Below, piece by piece: positions 46,959-60,400 of a stretch of DNA of 64,000 nt. The stretch is from positions 4,154,001-4,218,000 of the forward strand of contig OU015568.1 of the NCBI GenBank assembly GCA_907165135.1, read 5' to 3'. Both the position numbers and the translations under genes were made by a program. A model generated the notes under the pieces. It was given only the letters and a program-made list of their open reading frames with translations, searched no databases and had not been told where the DNA came from. Position 1 is the stretch's first letter. Each line of letters starts with the position of its first letter. The DNA comes from Oikopleura dioica. Taxonomy: Eukaryota; Animalia; Chordata.

Positions 46959-49900
46959 TTATGGGTATCCTTGAAGATGAATAGCTAAAAAATGAATAGA
47001 GAGGTTAAACGGGATTTGAATTATGTACAGTTTGGCTCGTGTAAATCACTGTAAAATAAATAGATAAAGAATTATCATTTTTGCGACTTATGGTTTCTCA
47101 AAAGAAATTCTTCCATAACTTACATTGAGCGACATCACGAGCAATTTGATAACAGTAATTCGAGTCACAGGTTCCTTTCTAAAAATGACCGGTTAAAAAG
47201 TTCCCAATGATATATCTTACGTCTCCAGCGCGACCATCTCTTCCATCAGCGCCGTTTCTCCCTGGCGGTCCAGGCGGTCCTGGCGGGCCAACTGGCCCTG
47301 GTGGTCCGTATTCTCCATCTAAAGTTGTCGATAAAGAAGTTATTCGAAGACAGAGGTTAGTAGGTAGAGTATACTGGTTTATAAAATCACCGCCAGTGTA
47401 TCAAAAGAAGATATCACAAGTATTTCTAGAGCAAGTTACAGTGCTGTGATATCTTTTATTCATTTGATACGCGAATAAAACATGATTCAAAGCTATATTT
47501 TTTGCACCAAGCTACTTACGTCTTCGAATCCAGGCTATGAAATGAAGGGTTAGACAAAAATTTCAAGGCAAAGATGAAGATCAGATTTTGTTAGATTTTA
47601 TGGTTGGAAAAATAAGATAAGGCTCTTTACGCTCTAGTTCTCGGATTCTTTACTGATAAAAATCGAATTTCGAATATAAATAAGAATCAATCATTCAATA
47701 ATCAATATTTTTTCTCTATTTTTTAGAAATGAAAATACCCCATGAAGTATAAAAACCGGAATAATGAAAAACTCTTTATCAAAATGTGCTATTTGAAGAA
47801 TGATATCTAAAATAAAAAATTTTGAAAATGAGCCTTTTCTTTTTAAATTCAAAATCTGCACAATTCTTACCTTGGAGATCCCTGTCTCCTCTTCTTCCCC
47901 TTCCATCTCTTCCATCCCTTCCTGGAGGCCCTTGATCTCCTTTTCTCCCATCTTTTCCCATCGGTCCGATTGGTCCAGGATCACCAGGTCTTCCTTGCAG
48001 CCCATCCATTCCCGGTAGACCTGGTTCTCCGGGCGGCCCGGGGGGACCAGGCATGCCAAAGAAAAAGTCTTTCATTTTTGGATTCCACGCGAGCTCGTCA
48101 TTTCTATCCGCTAATGTATCTCTATTTGATCGCCCAGGCTCATCGGATTGATAAGGATGTCTGCCTCCATTTTCAATCAGCTGATAGGTGATTTCCGGAA
48201 TTGCTCGTTTCAGGACTCGGTGAATGATTTCATCCATTTTTGAGTTGACCATTTCCTTCACTTTCACCTAACAAGAAAAGTTTATTCCGGCGCTTAAGAT
48301 TAAGGGTATCGTACCATAAGCTCACGTTCAAGAGAAATATCAACCAAATCCTGGATTTGCCGCTCAATGTCGACTCTTAAAAAATCGTTTAGCCAAATCA
48401 GCGCAATTTGATATTTTCGCGACGCTGATATATTTGACGGGCTGACACTGATTTAGAACCTAATCGATCAATCTATCCCGTTCTTTCCAGCTTTTTAGAT
48501 AAATTTCCAATTTCTTACCGATCAAGTGTCGCGGGCCGCCCAGCATAACCTGGGGGACCCATTGGTCCTCTTGGTCCGGTGTAGCCACTGTCACCTTTGT
48601 CGCCTTTCTTACCGGGGTTGCCTTGATGCCCCTTGTATCCTTTTTCTCCAGGTTTGCCGTTCATTCCATTGTTTCCCTTTTGGCCTTGAATTCCTGGTCG
48701 ACCTTGAGCACCATTCGATCCAGGATTGCCTCTTGGTCCCTCATCTCCCTTGGCACCTGTTCGTCCTGTTTCTCCAGCTGGTCCGGTTGCGCCAGGATGC
48801 CCCTGTGGTCCAATCGGTCCGGGTTCTCCTTTTTGTCCATCGTCACCTTGTGGTCCAATCAGCCCTTGATATCCAGGTGGTCCGGGCAGACCATGTTGTC
48901 CTTGCGTCCCGGGCACTCCCTTGTCTCCCTTTGGCCCGAACGGACCCTGTGGCCCTTGAATTCCTTCATCTCCTCTTTCTCCTTTCGGACCAATTGGGCC
49001 TCTAGGTCCAGCTGGGCCAGACACGCCCGGCAATCCAGGTACTCCATCATTGCCGCTTTTTCCGTCAACTCCTGGCTCGCCTTTTTGTCCATCTTTTCCA
49101 GCTTTTCCATCAAATCCCTGGACTCCCACGCTTCCTTTGTCGCCTTTATCCCCAGTGTCACCGCGAACGCCAGGTGGGCCGCTTTGTCCTTGAGCTCCAA
49201 CTTGGCCGGGCAGCCCAGGGGAACCCTTTTGTCCTTTTATTCCAGTCTCTCCAGGATTTCCTTTCTCGCCGATTTCGCCTTTGTCGCCTCGCGCGCCCGG
49301 ATTTCCTTCTGGGCCAATTATCCCTTGAGGACCTTCAAGGCCAAGAGCACCTGGCTCGCCTTTCTCTCCTTGAATGCCCTGGTCACCTTGTTTTCCTTGG
49401 ACACCAGGCTCGCCTTTTGGACCTTCTGAGCCAGAAGAACCTTTTTGACCTGCATCACCTTCTGGTCCGGGCAAACCTTTCTCGGTTAATAAATTTATTA
49501 TTTCAAATACAGATCAAGACTAGTTTTAAGCGGGGACAAATTACTGGAGAATTTCAAATTTCAGTGCTTCATTTTATTATTATCGATTTCTATATGAGGA
49601 AACACTTTCAGTAATTTCCAACAGGTAGTCTGGTGTCTCAGTCATTTTGCTTCATCTCATAATTTTTTTGCTTTTGAAACGGGGGAATTTTTGACTTTAT
49701 ACTCGCGGTGCAGAGTAATAAATTTTATGATCCGCAATAACTGCATGTAATAATGCTCCGTTATCTATGAAATCATCTTTTGAACCGATTCCTGGAATGC
49801 CGGGAGGTCCAGCTGGACAGGAGCAATTTTTCTCTTCTTCTTGTGATTCTTGAATGACCACTTGCCCAGGAGGACCTGGTGGTCCCGGAAGACCAGGTAA

Positions 49901-52900
49901 TCCTCTTGGTCCTTGAGGACCATCTTCACCTCTTGGTCCGATCGGTCCGGTGATTTCCGTGATATCCCCCGGTTCGCCCTTCTGGCCGGGTAATCCATCT
50001 TTTCCATTTTCTCCAGCAGGTCCCATCGGGCCAACAGCACCAGGGATGCCAGGTTTTCCAATCAGGCCATCTTCTCCTTTAGGTCCAACAGGGCCAATAT
50101 CTCCGCGAGCGCCTTTGTCACCCTTATCACCATCTTCTCCTGGTCTTCCAGCATCGCCAAAACTACCAGGAATGCCAGGAAGACCTGGATCGCCTCGTTG
50201 TCCTTTCGGGCCAGTTTCGCCTTGTGCTCCAACAAGTGGTTCGAGTTTGATAATTTCGCACTCCCCTTTTTCTCCTTTCGGTCCAGCAGGTCCCGTTATG
50301 CTCAGTCCTTCTGGTCCTTGAAAACCTGGTGGTCCGATTGGTCCAGCTGGTCCAGGGGGCCCGGCAGGGCAGTCACAAAGCTGAAGGGCATCTTCTGGGG
50401 GTTGATCAGCGTACAAATTTCGAGGGATGGAAGTAGGAAGGGGAGCGGAAGGAGTGGTAGTCCGTAGAGGGCAGAAATCAATGTTGTCTGGAAGCTCGCA
50501 GCAAAAACGCTCGGCTAGAATTGACGATGAGAGAAGATGCCTAAGACAGAGAGGCTTATATTTGGTACTTACAGTTAAGAGCAGCTTCAGTATCACAGAA
50601 GATGTTTATTTTATCTAGGGTGACATGGGAAGTCTCGTCAGACAAATGAGTGATTCCATTCAACGAAATGTTCGAATCCTTTTGTCGCATCTTTCTGATC
50701 CCGATATGCTCGCAATCGGCATACAACGATACCGAGTTCGCATTGACGGACATCAGAACCTTGTGCCGCCCGGGTTGAAATAAAGGCTCGAGTTTCTTGA
50801 ACTTCCGAAGATCAAATTTGGCCTTTGTTTCGCGTCCGTCAAGTCCAAGTCCGCCAAAAGTCACCAGTTTGTTTCGGAAATCGACTTTTATGACCATCTG
50901 TGTGAGGCCATTTTCATCGTTGATTTCAAGAACTCTCCATATTTTAGGTTTTTCAACATGTTTTTTAAGTAAAAAGTCAATTTTCAAAATAAGTAAAACC
51001 CAAAACCCATGATTTTCTCTTCACTTTTGAGATGTCATAGACGAATACGATAGTATACTGATCTGGTAAACCCTTGGGAAAGATTTCATGTGTTCTTTTT
51101 CGATTCACGAGAAGATTTGAAGGAGATGAAGTTTCGCCAAGAAGATTTTCTAGTGATCGCTGCGTTGATTCATCCGCTGAAATTTTTTCAAACACCATAA
51201 AGAGATTTAAAATACTGAAAACATAGATCTTTTTTGCGTCACCACTTTCGATAGTATATATTAATATTCAGTAGAATTGTTAATTACCCCAACTCCGGAA
51301 ATTGTTGAAAAATGTTAAATCGTGAAAAATCTTACCGAATTTAGTAAACATCTGCAGCAAGTCAAATCCTAAATGACTCTTCTCATCGAGATAGCCAATC
51401 TTCTCCAAAATATTATCAGTCGACATATTCGGGCAAATAGAATGAATGCAAATTGTTCTTCTCAAACTCGACCTTCAATAATTTTTACTAAAAGAATTAT
51501 CGAAAACCCTAACCGTATACTTTCAATGGCGCTGTAGTCAGAAACGGAGAATTTATGGCGATGGGTGGGTTTTGAAGCGATCTCATCGAGCTCGTCTTTG
51601 ATTGCATGGCCGACTCCGACGGCGTAGACAACTATTCCATCTTCCTTTTTAAGACTTTTCTTATAATATCTTCTCAAAACATAATTATGGTGTCTTTTAT
51701 TCAAAACAAAAAAGCCGTTCCTGTGCAATAACCGAGGGCCCAGCTACATTGTCCTGTGCCCTCCCATCCGTTAAGACGATCATAATCCTATTGATGCCCT
51801 CTGATAGTCCTCTAAATAAACGCTCATTATATTCTGAGGTCAGATAAGGACATAATTGGGAGAAGGAGACAAACCTGGCGCCGGAAGTCTCGGCAAAGGC
51901 AACTTCGCTAGCGAAGCGGATACTTTCTCCAGTCAGCGTGTTCCCTCGCTCGTACATCAAACTCTGAGCAAATAAAATCAACACAAGGGTCATGGGCAAT
52001 TATCACTGGCAGACAACATAAAGAGGTTATTCTCTCTTACATGGATCGCTTTAATCAAGTCTTCTTTGCTCAATCCATTTCCCAGCGAAATTTCCATCCT
52101 CGGCGCGTCGGAATAAATGACGACTCCAACTCTGGTTCCGCCGCCATCTTCTTCGATGTCGAAGGTGTCGACCAATTTGCCAATCCATTGGCGAACCTTT
52201 TCGAAATCCTTACAAACGAGATAATTGCCGCCACTTGATTCGGAGTCAGCTTTGAAAGAAGATTATCCCGTGCCTGATCGCCAACAGAAGCCGAGCTGTC
52301 AACGTTGAACACGACGTCGTATTTTACCCGGCGGCACTCTGAATTTTTATGATTTTATGATCAGACATAATTTAAAAGAGGCTGTTCTTTAGTTTTTGTG
52401 GAAATTGACAAAAAAGGCAAAAAAAATTTAAAAATTCGGCAAAAAGGTCTTTTTTGGAAAATTGAAAATTTAGGAATTTTCTTAAGAAAAAATCGACAGT
52501 TTAAGAATTTACTATAGAAAAAATCGATAATTTCAGAATTTGCTTTTAAAACTTTCTTTTTCATTCTTATTTTAGAAAAAATATATTTCATGCATCTGTG
52601 AAGACAGCTATAAACACGTGTGCTTATTTTGTTATTTGAAATTTCCCTTTTCATCGCTCAAAAAAAAAGGTGCCAAATTTAGGCACTGATCGGAATTTTC
52701 CCTCAAGCTGATCTCAACTGATCAGCCCCGACCGCGAAAAATTCTAGCGGTCGAGATAATGCTCCATTTTGGACGCAAAAAGGCTTTTTTCGAAGAAGGG
52801 AATTTTTAAATTTATTGAATTGGACCTGGGTTAACTCTTGAGTTTCCACAGACAAAACGAACTTGAGGATTGTTTGGTTTACTTCTTAATTGGATTTCGT

Positions 52901-54136
52901 GATAAATTCGAAGAACAGACCCGCTTAAGAAAATTAAAACAGCAAAAGTCGATCCCACAGATGTAAATTTTCATGAAAAAATGACACTTCCGCGGTTAAT
53001 TGAATTGCTTTTATCTCAAAAATTATTGATCTAATCGAACATTTTTACAGTCATTTTGTTCAATTATCATGAGTAATCATGAAAAAAGTAAGATAAAGAT
53101 TAATTTCCGGTTTCGATTATTTTGATGGATCAGCCCGATTATCACAACATATGTTTTTGTCAAAGAGCGTTTAGGGTCATGAAAATTTCAAGAAAATCCC
53201 TCTTTATTTGAAAATTGCCGGAAGTGCGGCAGTTTTACAACCTTGAGATAATTCTTGTCATATTTATTTATGATATAATCGAAGAATTTTGCGCTTTCAG
53301 ACGAAAATTTTTGTTCTCAAAGACGAAAAAGAGTCAGTTTTAACAGGACTTTAGGAAAAGATTAAAAAAAGAGGAATTCCAAAACAAAAGGGTTGGAAAA
53401 GATAAGACTCATAAATTTGGAAAGAATCAGATTTGGTACTGGGAGATTGGCAGCAGTCCAACGGTGTGAAAACGCGTGTTTATAGCGTCAGAAAACTTGT
53501 CAGATTGGATCTTATCCACGACGCTTCCGCACCCTTCATGACCTTGGTCAGACTTTGGCCATCTTCCAGCTTGATAGATTCTTTATTTTTAATAAGAGGT
53601 AGAATATGGACCATATAATATGGTCCATATTATATGGTTGCCCTTTTAGAAGAATGGTTTTCATGGATTAAATTATTTTATCATAATTTTCTGAAAATAA
53701 ATTTGTCGGTTTCGAAAATTTGTAAAAGATTTATGGTTTTTTCTTAAAATTACGAATTTTTATACTCATAAGTGTCATGGTTTTTTTTTCAATTTTTCAT
53801 GTTCTGAAAAGGTTATTCGAGTTGAGTCTAGTCGACCCAATCTCGAATCAAAATAAATCACCACCCTTGGCTAATTTTTCATGTCCTCTCTCGTGGAAAT
53901 CCAGCCCGGCACTTTCTCACCCGTTCCTCCTTACTTTTAAAATCCCTAGCTTTTCCTCCAAGAAGAGAAATCTCCGGTATACGAGTTTTATCCGACTTTA
54001 AAAATAACTCACGTGATCCATTTGGCGCTACTCCATCTTGATTTTCCAAAATTGGAACAAGATTTCGTCGATTTCGCGTGCTTCGCTTCTCCGCCGCGGA
54101 ATTGAAAATTGCTAGAAAAGCGAGAAGAATCTTCAT
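46959..54136 (-). CDS. FACIT-type collagen, VWA-TSPN-interrupted triple helix (COL21A1/COL22A1-like)
   Basis: Signal [18 protein letters not shown]: [13 protein letters not shown]...GNTLTGESI...[14 protein letters not shown]: [13 protein letters not shown]...HKVLMSV...LYADC...CCELP. Long Gly-X-Y ORFs follow, and the C-terminus is [11 protein letters not shown]...HLQGYP*. The link to the first exons at 53.9-54.1 kb is less certain. Confidence 0.9.
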
Positions 54137-54690
54137 TTTCAACCTTTTTCTGCTTCTAGCGCTCCAAAAATCTCATTTTCTTTGAATCTCTCCCTCTCTT
54201 TCTTTTCTTCTGAAAAACTTGAAAATACTATAAAAAGAAGGAGTTGGTTTTTATTGATAAGCAACTAGGTTTATCTGGTCGCTAACGAGGGGAGAAATAA
54301 AAAATAATAAGCGTGGAGTAAAAAACACTCGCGGGCGCCCATGAGCGAGACCGAGGGCGCGCCAAAAATTCGGAGACGCATTTTTGAGGGTTGATATCAA
54401 CAATGATAGATCGAAAATGGAATGATGGTAGCGCATCTTGCTACAGCCAAAAGTACCGGTTGATTTATCCTTACAAACCCAGGTAGATTGGATCGATTTT
54501 GAAATATTGTACTTTTTATACAAAAATATGATGCGAAATAATGAGCATTATTTCTAGTGGCCATCAACCGAAAACCATTATTAAAATTAAAATTTTTTAA
54601 ATTTGTTGTTTTTCTTATAAAAATCTATGACAGTAAAAAAAGAAAACTATTACCCAGAAGGTTGGCTCTAGCAGAATAAAACGATCTTAA

Positions 54691-55027
54691 GGACCTCCCC
54701 GTCAGCTTTTTTTGAAAAATCAAATTTCGGAATTTTAAAATTTTGACCTCGGAAATGGATTGTACGGGTCAAAAAACGATTTTGAGGCTGCATTTTTTGG
54801 GGGTCTATCTCGACTCCTTCACCCCCAAAATCGCATTTGAAAATCGGACTTTTCGCCGAAAATTGAGGAATTTGCCCTAATTTTGGCAAAAATGTTGATT
54901 TTTCTTGGTCAAATCTTCGTCTTATCAAGTTTTTGAAGCAAGTTTAACTTGAGGACGTATTAAGAAACAAAAATATGGTGTTTTAAAAGATTTCATTTTT
55001 TCGGAGCAAAAAGCTGACGGGGGTTCC
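54691..55027. mobile_element. TTAA-flanked MITE (Kolobok-like GG...CC termini)
   Basis: TTAA|ggacctccccgtcagcttttt ... aaaaagctgacgggggttcc|TTAA. Confidence 0.82.
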
Positions 55028-55031
55028 TTAA

Positions 55032-55617
55032 CGCATGAACGCACAAAATTTTTTCCTGCTGAACGCATATTGCGCAGATTTCTGCGCAGCACCTTTAGAG
55101 CGCTCTAGCGACGATTGTGGTCGAGATTTGAAAAAATCAAAGCTACCAGAATGAAGCTCAGACGCTTGCAAACAAGCTCATAATAGTTTAAAATCCTAAC
55201 CGTAACCCGAACCTCGGTAAAAATAATGATTTCTAAAGTTACTCGAAAATGAACCATTTTTTCCAATTTTTTTCAATTTCATTGATCGCAAATACAAATG
55301 TACAAAATACATATATACGAATGATATAATTCGATGCAATAATGCGATTAAACGTGGAAAAAAATTTTCATCGACGGAAAAATTAATTCAGAACTGTTGA
55401 AAAGCTAAAAAATCATAATTCGAAAGAATCGGAAATTTTTGTTCTGAAGCCAAATTTTTATCCTGAAGTCAAATTTTTTTCGATGCTAGATTCTGATTCC
55501 TCATCGAAAAAGAGCTCCTAAAGTGGGGGTCCATTTAAAATTTTGGTCAAGTAAAGTATGAGATATCGAGCTTTAAAGGGGCTCTGCGCAGAAATCTGCG
55601 CAATATGCGTTCAAGCG
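55032..55617. mobile_element. Second TTAA-flanked MITE sharing the TTAA at 55028-55031
   Basis: TTAA|cgcatgaacgca...tgaacgcatattgcgcagatttctgcgcag ... ctgcgcagaaatctgcgcaatatgcgttcaagcg|TTAA. Confidence 0.8.
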
Positions 55618-56209
55618 TTAAGATGAAAATATTATTTTTCATTTTTTTTTGTTTGCCACAGCAGGGATTTTATAAGACCAAAATCTATCAAAACCGACCT
55701 TTATAAAAAATCTTTCACTACTGCCACTAGAATGGTGCGATCAGTGGTGCCATTTTCTTACTCACTCCACGCGAAGGTTATGAAATTTCGCGCAGCTTCC
55801 ACAAATTTGGCGAGCAGCCAATTTGTTTACCTTCTGACCTTCTGTAAAGTACTGTACATATTTGAATACGATTGAGAAATATGTCTCTGTTACTAGCGAG
55901 GTCAAAAATGATTCAAAAAATTAAAGCCATAAACCCAATAAATTATTTTTTTACGTTATTTTTTCACATTTTGACATCCGGCCAGCAGCACCGGAAACAG
56001 GCGAAACAAGTTTCTCGTCAATCGTGTCTTTGAGCTTGTGAAAAATTATTTACGGCGTTGATACGATGATAAATCAGGGGGCTAAAATTGAAACGAGTCT
56101 CATAATCAGTTATTCCGTTTTTTGGAGTCGGACCGACATTTTGATTAATAGACTTGATGGACCTGACTTTGATAGATCAGCCTGTTGGCTAGACAATCTG
56201 AGAAAAAAA

Positions 56210-56356
56210 CTGAGTCAGGGTCTAAAAGATCTTTTATAAAAAGCCCTGAATGAAGATATAAATTGATACGGATATTTTCGAAGGCGATTTGCGGCTTTCT
56301 TTTTAAAAAAGCCGCTGCGCGGCTTTTCATTTAAGATCTTTCAGACCCTGACTCAG
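56210..56356. repeat. Short inverted-repeat element
   Basis: ctgagtcagggtctaaaagatctt ... aagatctttcagaccctgactcag. Confidence 0.65.
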
Positions 56357-57466
56357 GATGTCAACACAGGTTGATGCGCTCAGATAAATATTTTTAAGAA
56401 AAAATGATACTAAGATCCATGCTCAAATAAAAAAAGATAACTCGACATACCATTTTTTGCTAGAATCAAGCCGAATCCCATCCATCATTTTTGTCATTTA
56501 TGGAATCGCGGAATGAAAAGTCTGATTTTCATAATTTAATGACGATCTGTGTTTTTATGATGAAGGAAGTCGTTGGAGCTGATTTCTGGAAAATTAATTG
56601 CCGCACGTCGAGGGTGGGCAATTTTTTAGCCGCAACGAGTCGTTCTTGATTTCCGATTTGGTGGTTTATGAAGTTGATCTTAAAGTTCAGAGCTACTTCT
56701 TTTTATTGAAGAAAATTCTCAAAAAAGAGGCTTCAAAGGGATTTTATAACAAATAATAGTGAAAATAAGGGGGTAACTTGGGGTTTAGTTGACTAAAAAG
56801 TCGCCAAAGAATAGGGGATTTTCGGTGAGACACCCTTAAAAGTAATGACAGAATTCTGATCTGGCGCCATTCCAGAGCTGTGGCGTGAGAGGAAATTATA
56901 ATATCAGAATTGGAGGTAATAATGCAAATATCACAAGTTGTGTGCGCATTGCGATCGTCGTTCAGAAGACACGAGTGTTTACAATTGCAAGTATCAATTC
57001 GGGCCTAATAGTCTAAGAACACAAACTTCAAATTTATCGAACCAGCTTTTGCCTGTTTTCAGAATAGATAGAAAAATCACTAGAATTGGATTAAGAGAAG
57101 TGAATTGAAATCAACGAAGAGAATTGACTGAAGATAAGAAACAGGAACGGATCAAAGATAAATTCCCTTCTTTACGGAATAAAACCAATTATTCTCAGAT
57201 AACCATAAAACAGTACGTAGCTCAACGAATTTATTTTTTCCCTATCTTTCATATTCGACGATCATAATTTATCATTCGTAAGTTTCACCCAGGCCAATCT
57301 AGCATAATGCTGACAATTTGTTAAATCCAATTATACTTATCGTAAATCTTTTCAGGATATTTTCAAAATAATAATTATACTTTCCTTCGGCTGAGCTTTG
57401 AGAATCTAAATATATTGCTCCTCAAATACTTCTTTATCGATCCTCAAACTCAGAGTTGCCTGAATC

Positions 57467-60400
57467 ATGTGGTGGTGGTGGCTATTACTAGCCACCGTTC
57501 AAGGCAACAATGACCCTCTTCCTGCGCCCGAGTACACAGGCGGTGCTGGAAAATGCGTCATGTCTTGGACGAAATCAGACGGCTGCGGAAAGAACCCGCG
57601 ACTGACAGCGATCGAGACAGATTTCAGAAGCCTGCCAGATCCGGACTTGGGCTGGATGGATGATAATGGAAGGGAGTGCATTCTGAATAATCGAACAAGG
57701 GACGATCCAGATCCAGGACTGCCAGATCTCAGCCCTTTATTGGACCTCGTTGGACCCAATGCTGCCCCTTGCTATGAACCAGCTGGGATCGATGCTGAGG
57801 AGCCAAACCGTTTGCACCAAAATCTTCTTCAAAAAATCTGCCCGAAATTCGCAGAAACACATGACAAAGTCTGTTGCTCATACCCGCAAATGCAAGATTT
57901 CGACAAGAAATTTAACAAGATGTACAAGGGTTTTTTCCAAGCCTGTCCCTCCTGCCTCAAATCCCAGCTCGAGTACTACTGCAATCTCTACTGTCACCCA
58001 GAGCAGAGCGATTTCATCACTGTCAATCAAGTCTTCAACGCGACAAATGACAAGACGGAAAAACAAGGAGTCGATCATTTTACCGCCGCTCTTCCAATTT
58101 CTTACACAGACGATCTCTTCGACACCTGTAAAACTGTGAAATTTACTTGGTTTGTCAACACTCCTTGCATCAATGATTTGATACCGAGTGATGGCTTGGC
58201 GAGAAATTTGGTCTATGATAGATTCTGCAGGGATGTTCCTTCTAAAGATTGCACTCCATATGTTTGGCTGAACAATCAAGGTCAAGCAATAACAGAATGG
58301 CCTCGCTTTGGAACACTCAACAATGTCAAAGCGGGTCCGGAGGACGGCCCGGCTGGACATGTTTATAGTTGCACTGAAGATCTCACGCCAATATATGCGG
58401 CGCCAGGGATCGATGCCGATACACCTGTGGAATGTGGCTGCCAGAATTGCGCAGAAAGCTGTCCCGAAGTGAAAGAAATCGACCTTCAAGACCCATTTCA
58501 TCTTGACCAAATCGACCGGTCTTTCGGCTCATGTTTGTTTCGACCAACTTGTGGGCCGAATTATTTGATTCCAAACGGCGACGGGTTAAACCGACCAGAT
58601 GTGCCGTGCATGGCATACGATCGCCCAGCCTACGAGTGGAGGGAGGAGAACGATGCGGACAGAGGTTTTCTAGAGCGCTTGTACGAAGTCTGCCCGCGAT
58701 ACTTGAACAATTCCCTCGACGGAACTTATACAATGACATGTTGCGATCAAATCCAAATGAACACTCTTCGCGACCAAGTTTCTCAAATTCGTCAGCTTTT
58801 TGGTCGATGCCCTGCTTGTGTCGAAAATGCCATCAATATGTTTTGCCACTCCACTTGCGCTCCAGATCAGGCGTCCTTCATCGACCCCTGATCGGATTCA
58901 ATACTGTCGATCGAGACGGAAACGAGGCGATTGGAATCCACAGGGTGAATGTTTATCTGACAGAAGATTACGGAGAGCGGCTTTGGCAGAGCTGCAAGGA
59001 TGTCAACTTTCCGCAGACGAATGGAAAAGTCATCGAGGGTTTGATGTGCGATGGGCTTGTAGGAGATGACTGTAACGTCGAAACATGGTTGAATTTCCAA
59101 GGATCCACGAACAATGGCTTTTCCCCGCTGACGTATAACTATATTACCGTCGAGATGGGCGCGAAATCAGGAAAAGAACTCGACTTTGAAAATCGATGGA
59201 AAAAGCCGAGAGGGTTAGAGCCGCTGCCTGAAAGTGATGTTCCAAACGGAGCTATCCCTAAGACCTACGAAACCTTTCAATGCGAAAATGTTTACACAGA
59301 TCCTTACAGTGGAGTAAGCGGAACTTGCTCTTGTCAAGATTGCGAGGCAGTTTGTCCTGGTCTTTACGAGTACCCAGAGCCCGAACCCAAACCGACAATC
59401 GGGTCGATGGATAAATGGGCTTTCGTGGGCATGATGGTCGGAATTCTCCTCGTAGTTTTTGTCGTCACCTTTTAGTCGTCCGAAAAGCAATCAAAAACTG
59501 CCTCAAAGATGATCAAGTTCAAAGTGTTTCTCGAGAAAACATCGAGAAGAAATACGAAAAGAAAACGATCGATCCGTCCGAAATTCCTTGCATGGACAAA
59601 GTGCGATACAAGTCTGTCATGTTTCTCCAGTCAGCGTTTCATTGGTGGGCGAAAAGATTCGTTCTTCGTTTCCCAATACTCAATATTCTATTCTCCGTCG
59701 CTTGGACTGCTACTCTTCTAGCAGGATTCAAAGATATCGAATTCACAACAGATCCGATTCGATTGTGGGCCTCGCCAGAAAGCAGAAGCTTCAAGGAGTA
59801 CACAAAATACAATGAGTATTTCAACCCTTTTTATAGGGCTTCAATGATGATCGCAAGATTGAGGCCGGAATATGCAAAAATGAATGGGGGCGACTTTCAA
59901 TACTCTTCTCCTCAGGAATTGATTGACATCATCCGATGTCAATATTTATGAATAAGGAAAACATGAACTCTTTTAACCTTGACTTCTTCAGCAAGGCCGA
60001 TTGCCTTAGGGAATTGTCTACTAGACAAAGCGACAAAACTCGATAAAAACTCTTTGTCAATCAAATTAAGGGAACATTCACAATCGACAATTCATTAAAA
60101 CGAGAATACTGGGATGAACTGTACGACCTTCAGATGCGTCTCAAGAATCTCAATGCTTCGTATGAGTTTGACGGAGAAAAACGTTATGTTACCTGGGATC
60201 AAACCTGTCTCAATCCTTTGGCGAAAGAAGAAAATGGCTGCTCCTTGTTTTCGCCGTTCAATTACTTTCAAAACGACCGAGATTTGATTTGGAAAGACGA
60301 TTGGTATTTCGTAAAAGTCGATCAAACTCGAGAGGAAACGAGTTATTTGGATCACTTGATTTACTGCGCCAGATCTCCGTCAAGTCTCGGAAACAAGTTC

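Noticed and set aside
47870-47920. Possible frameshift error in the collagen ([11 protein letters not shown] breaks Gly-X-Y)
   Set aside because: The frame as given splices in phase to the next exons, so this is better read as a genuine helix interruption.
48526-50321. Plus-strand ORFs of 120-270 aa over the collagen
   Set aside because: They are antisense shadows of Gly-X-Y codon periodicity.
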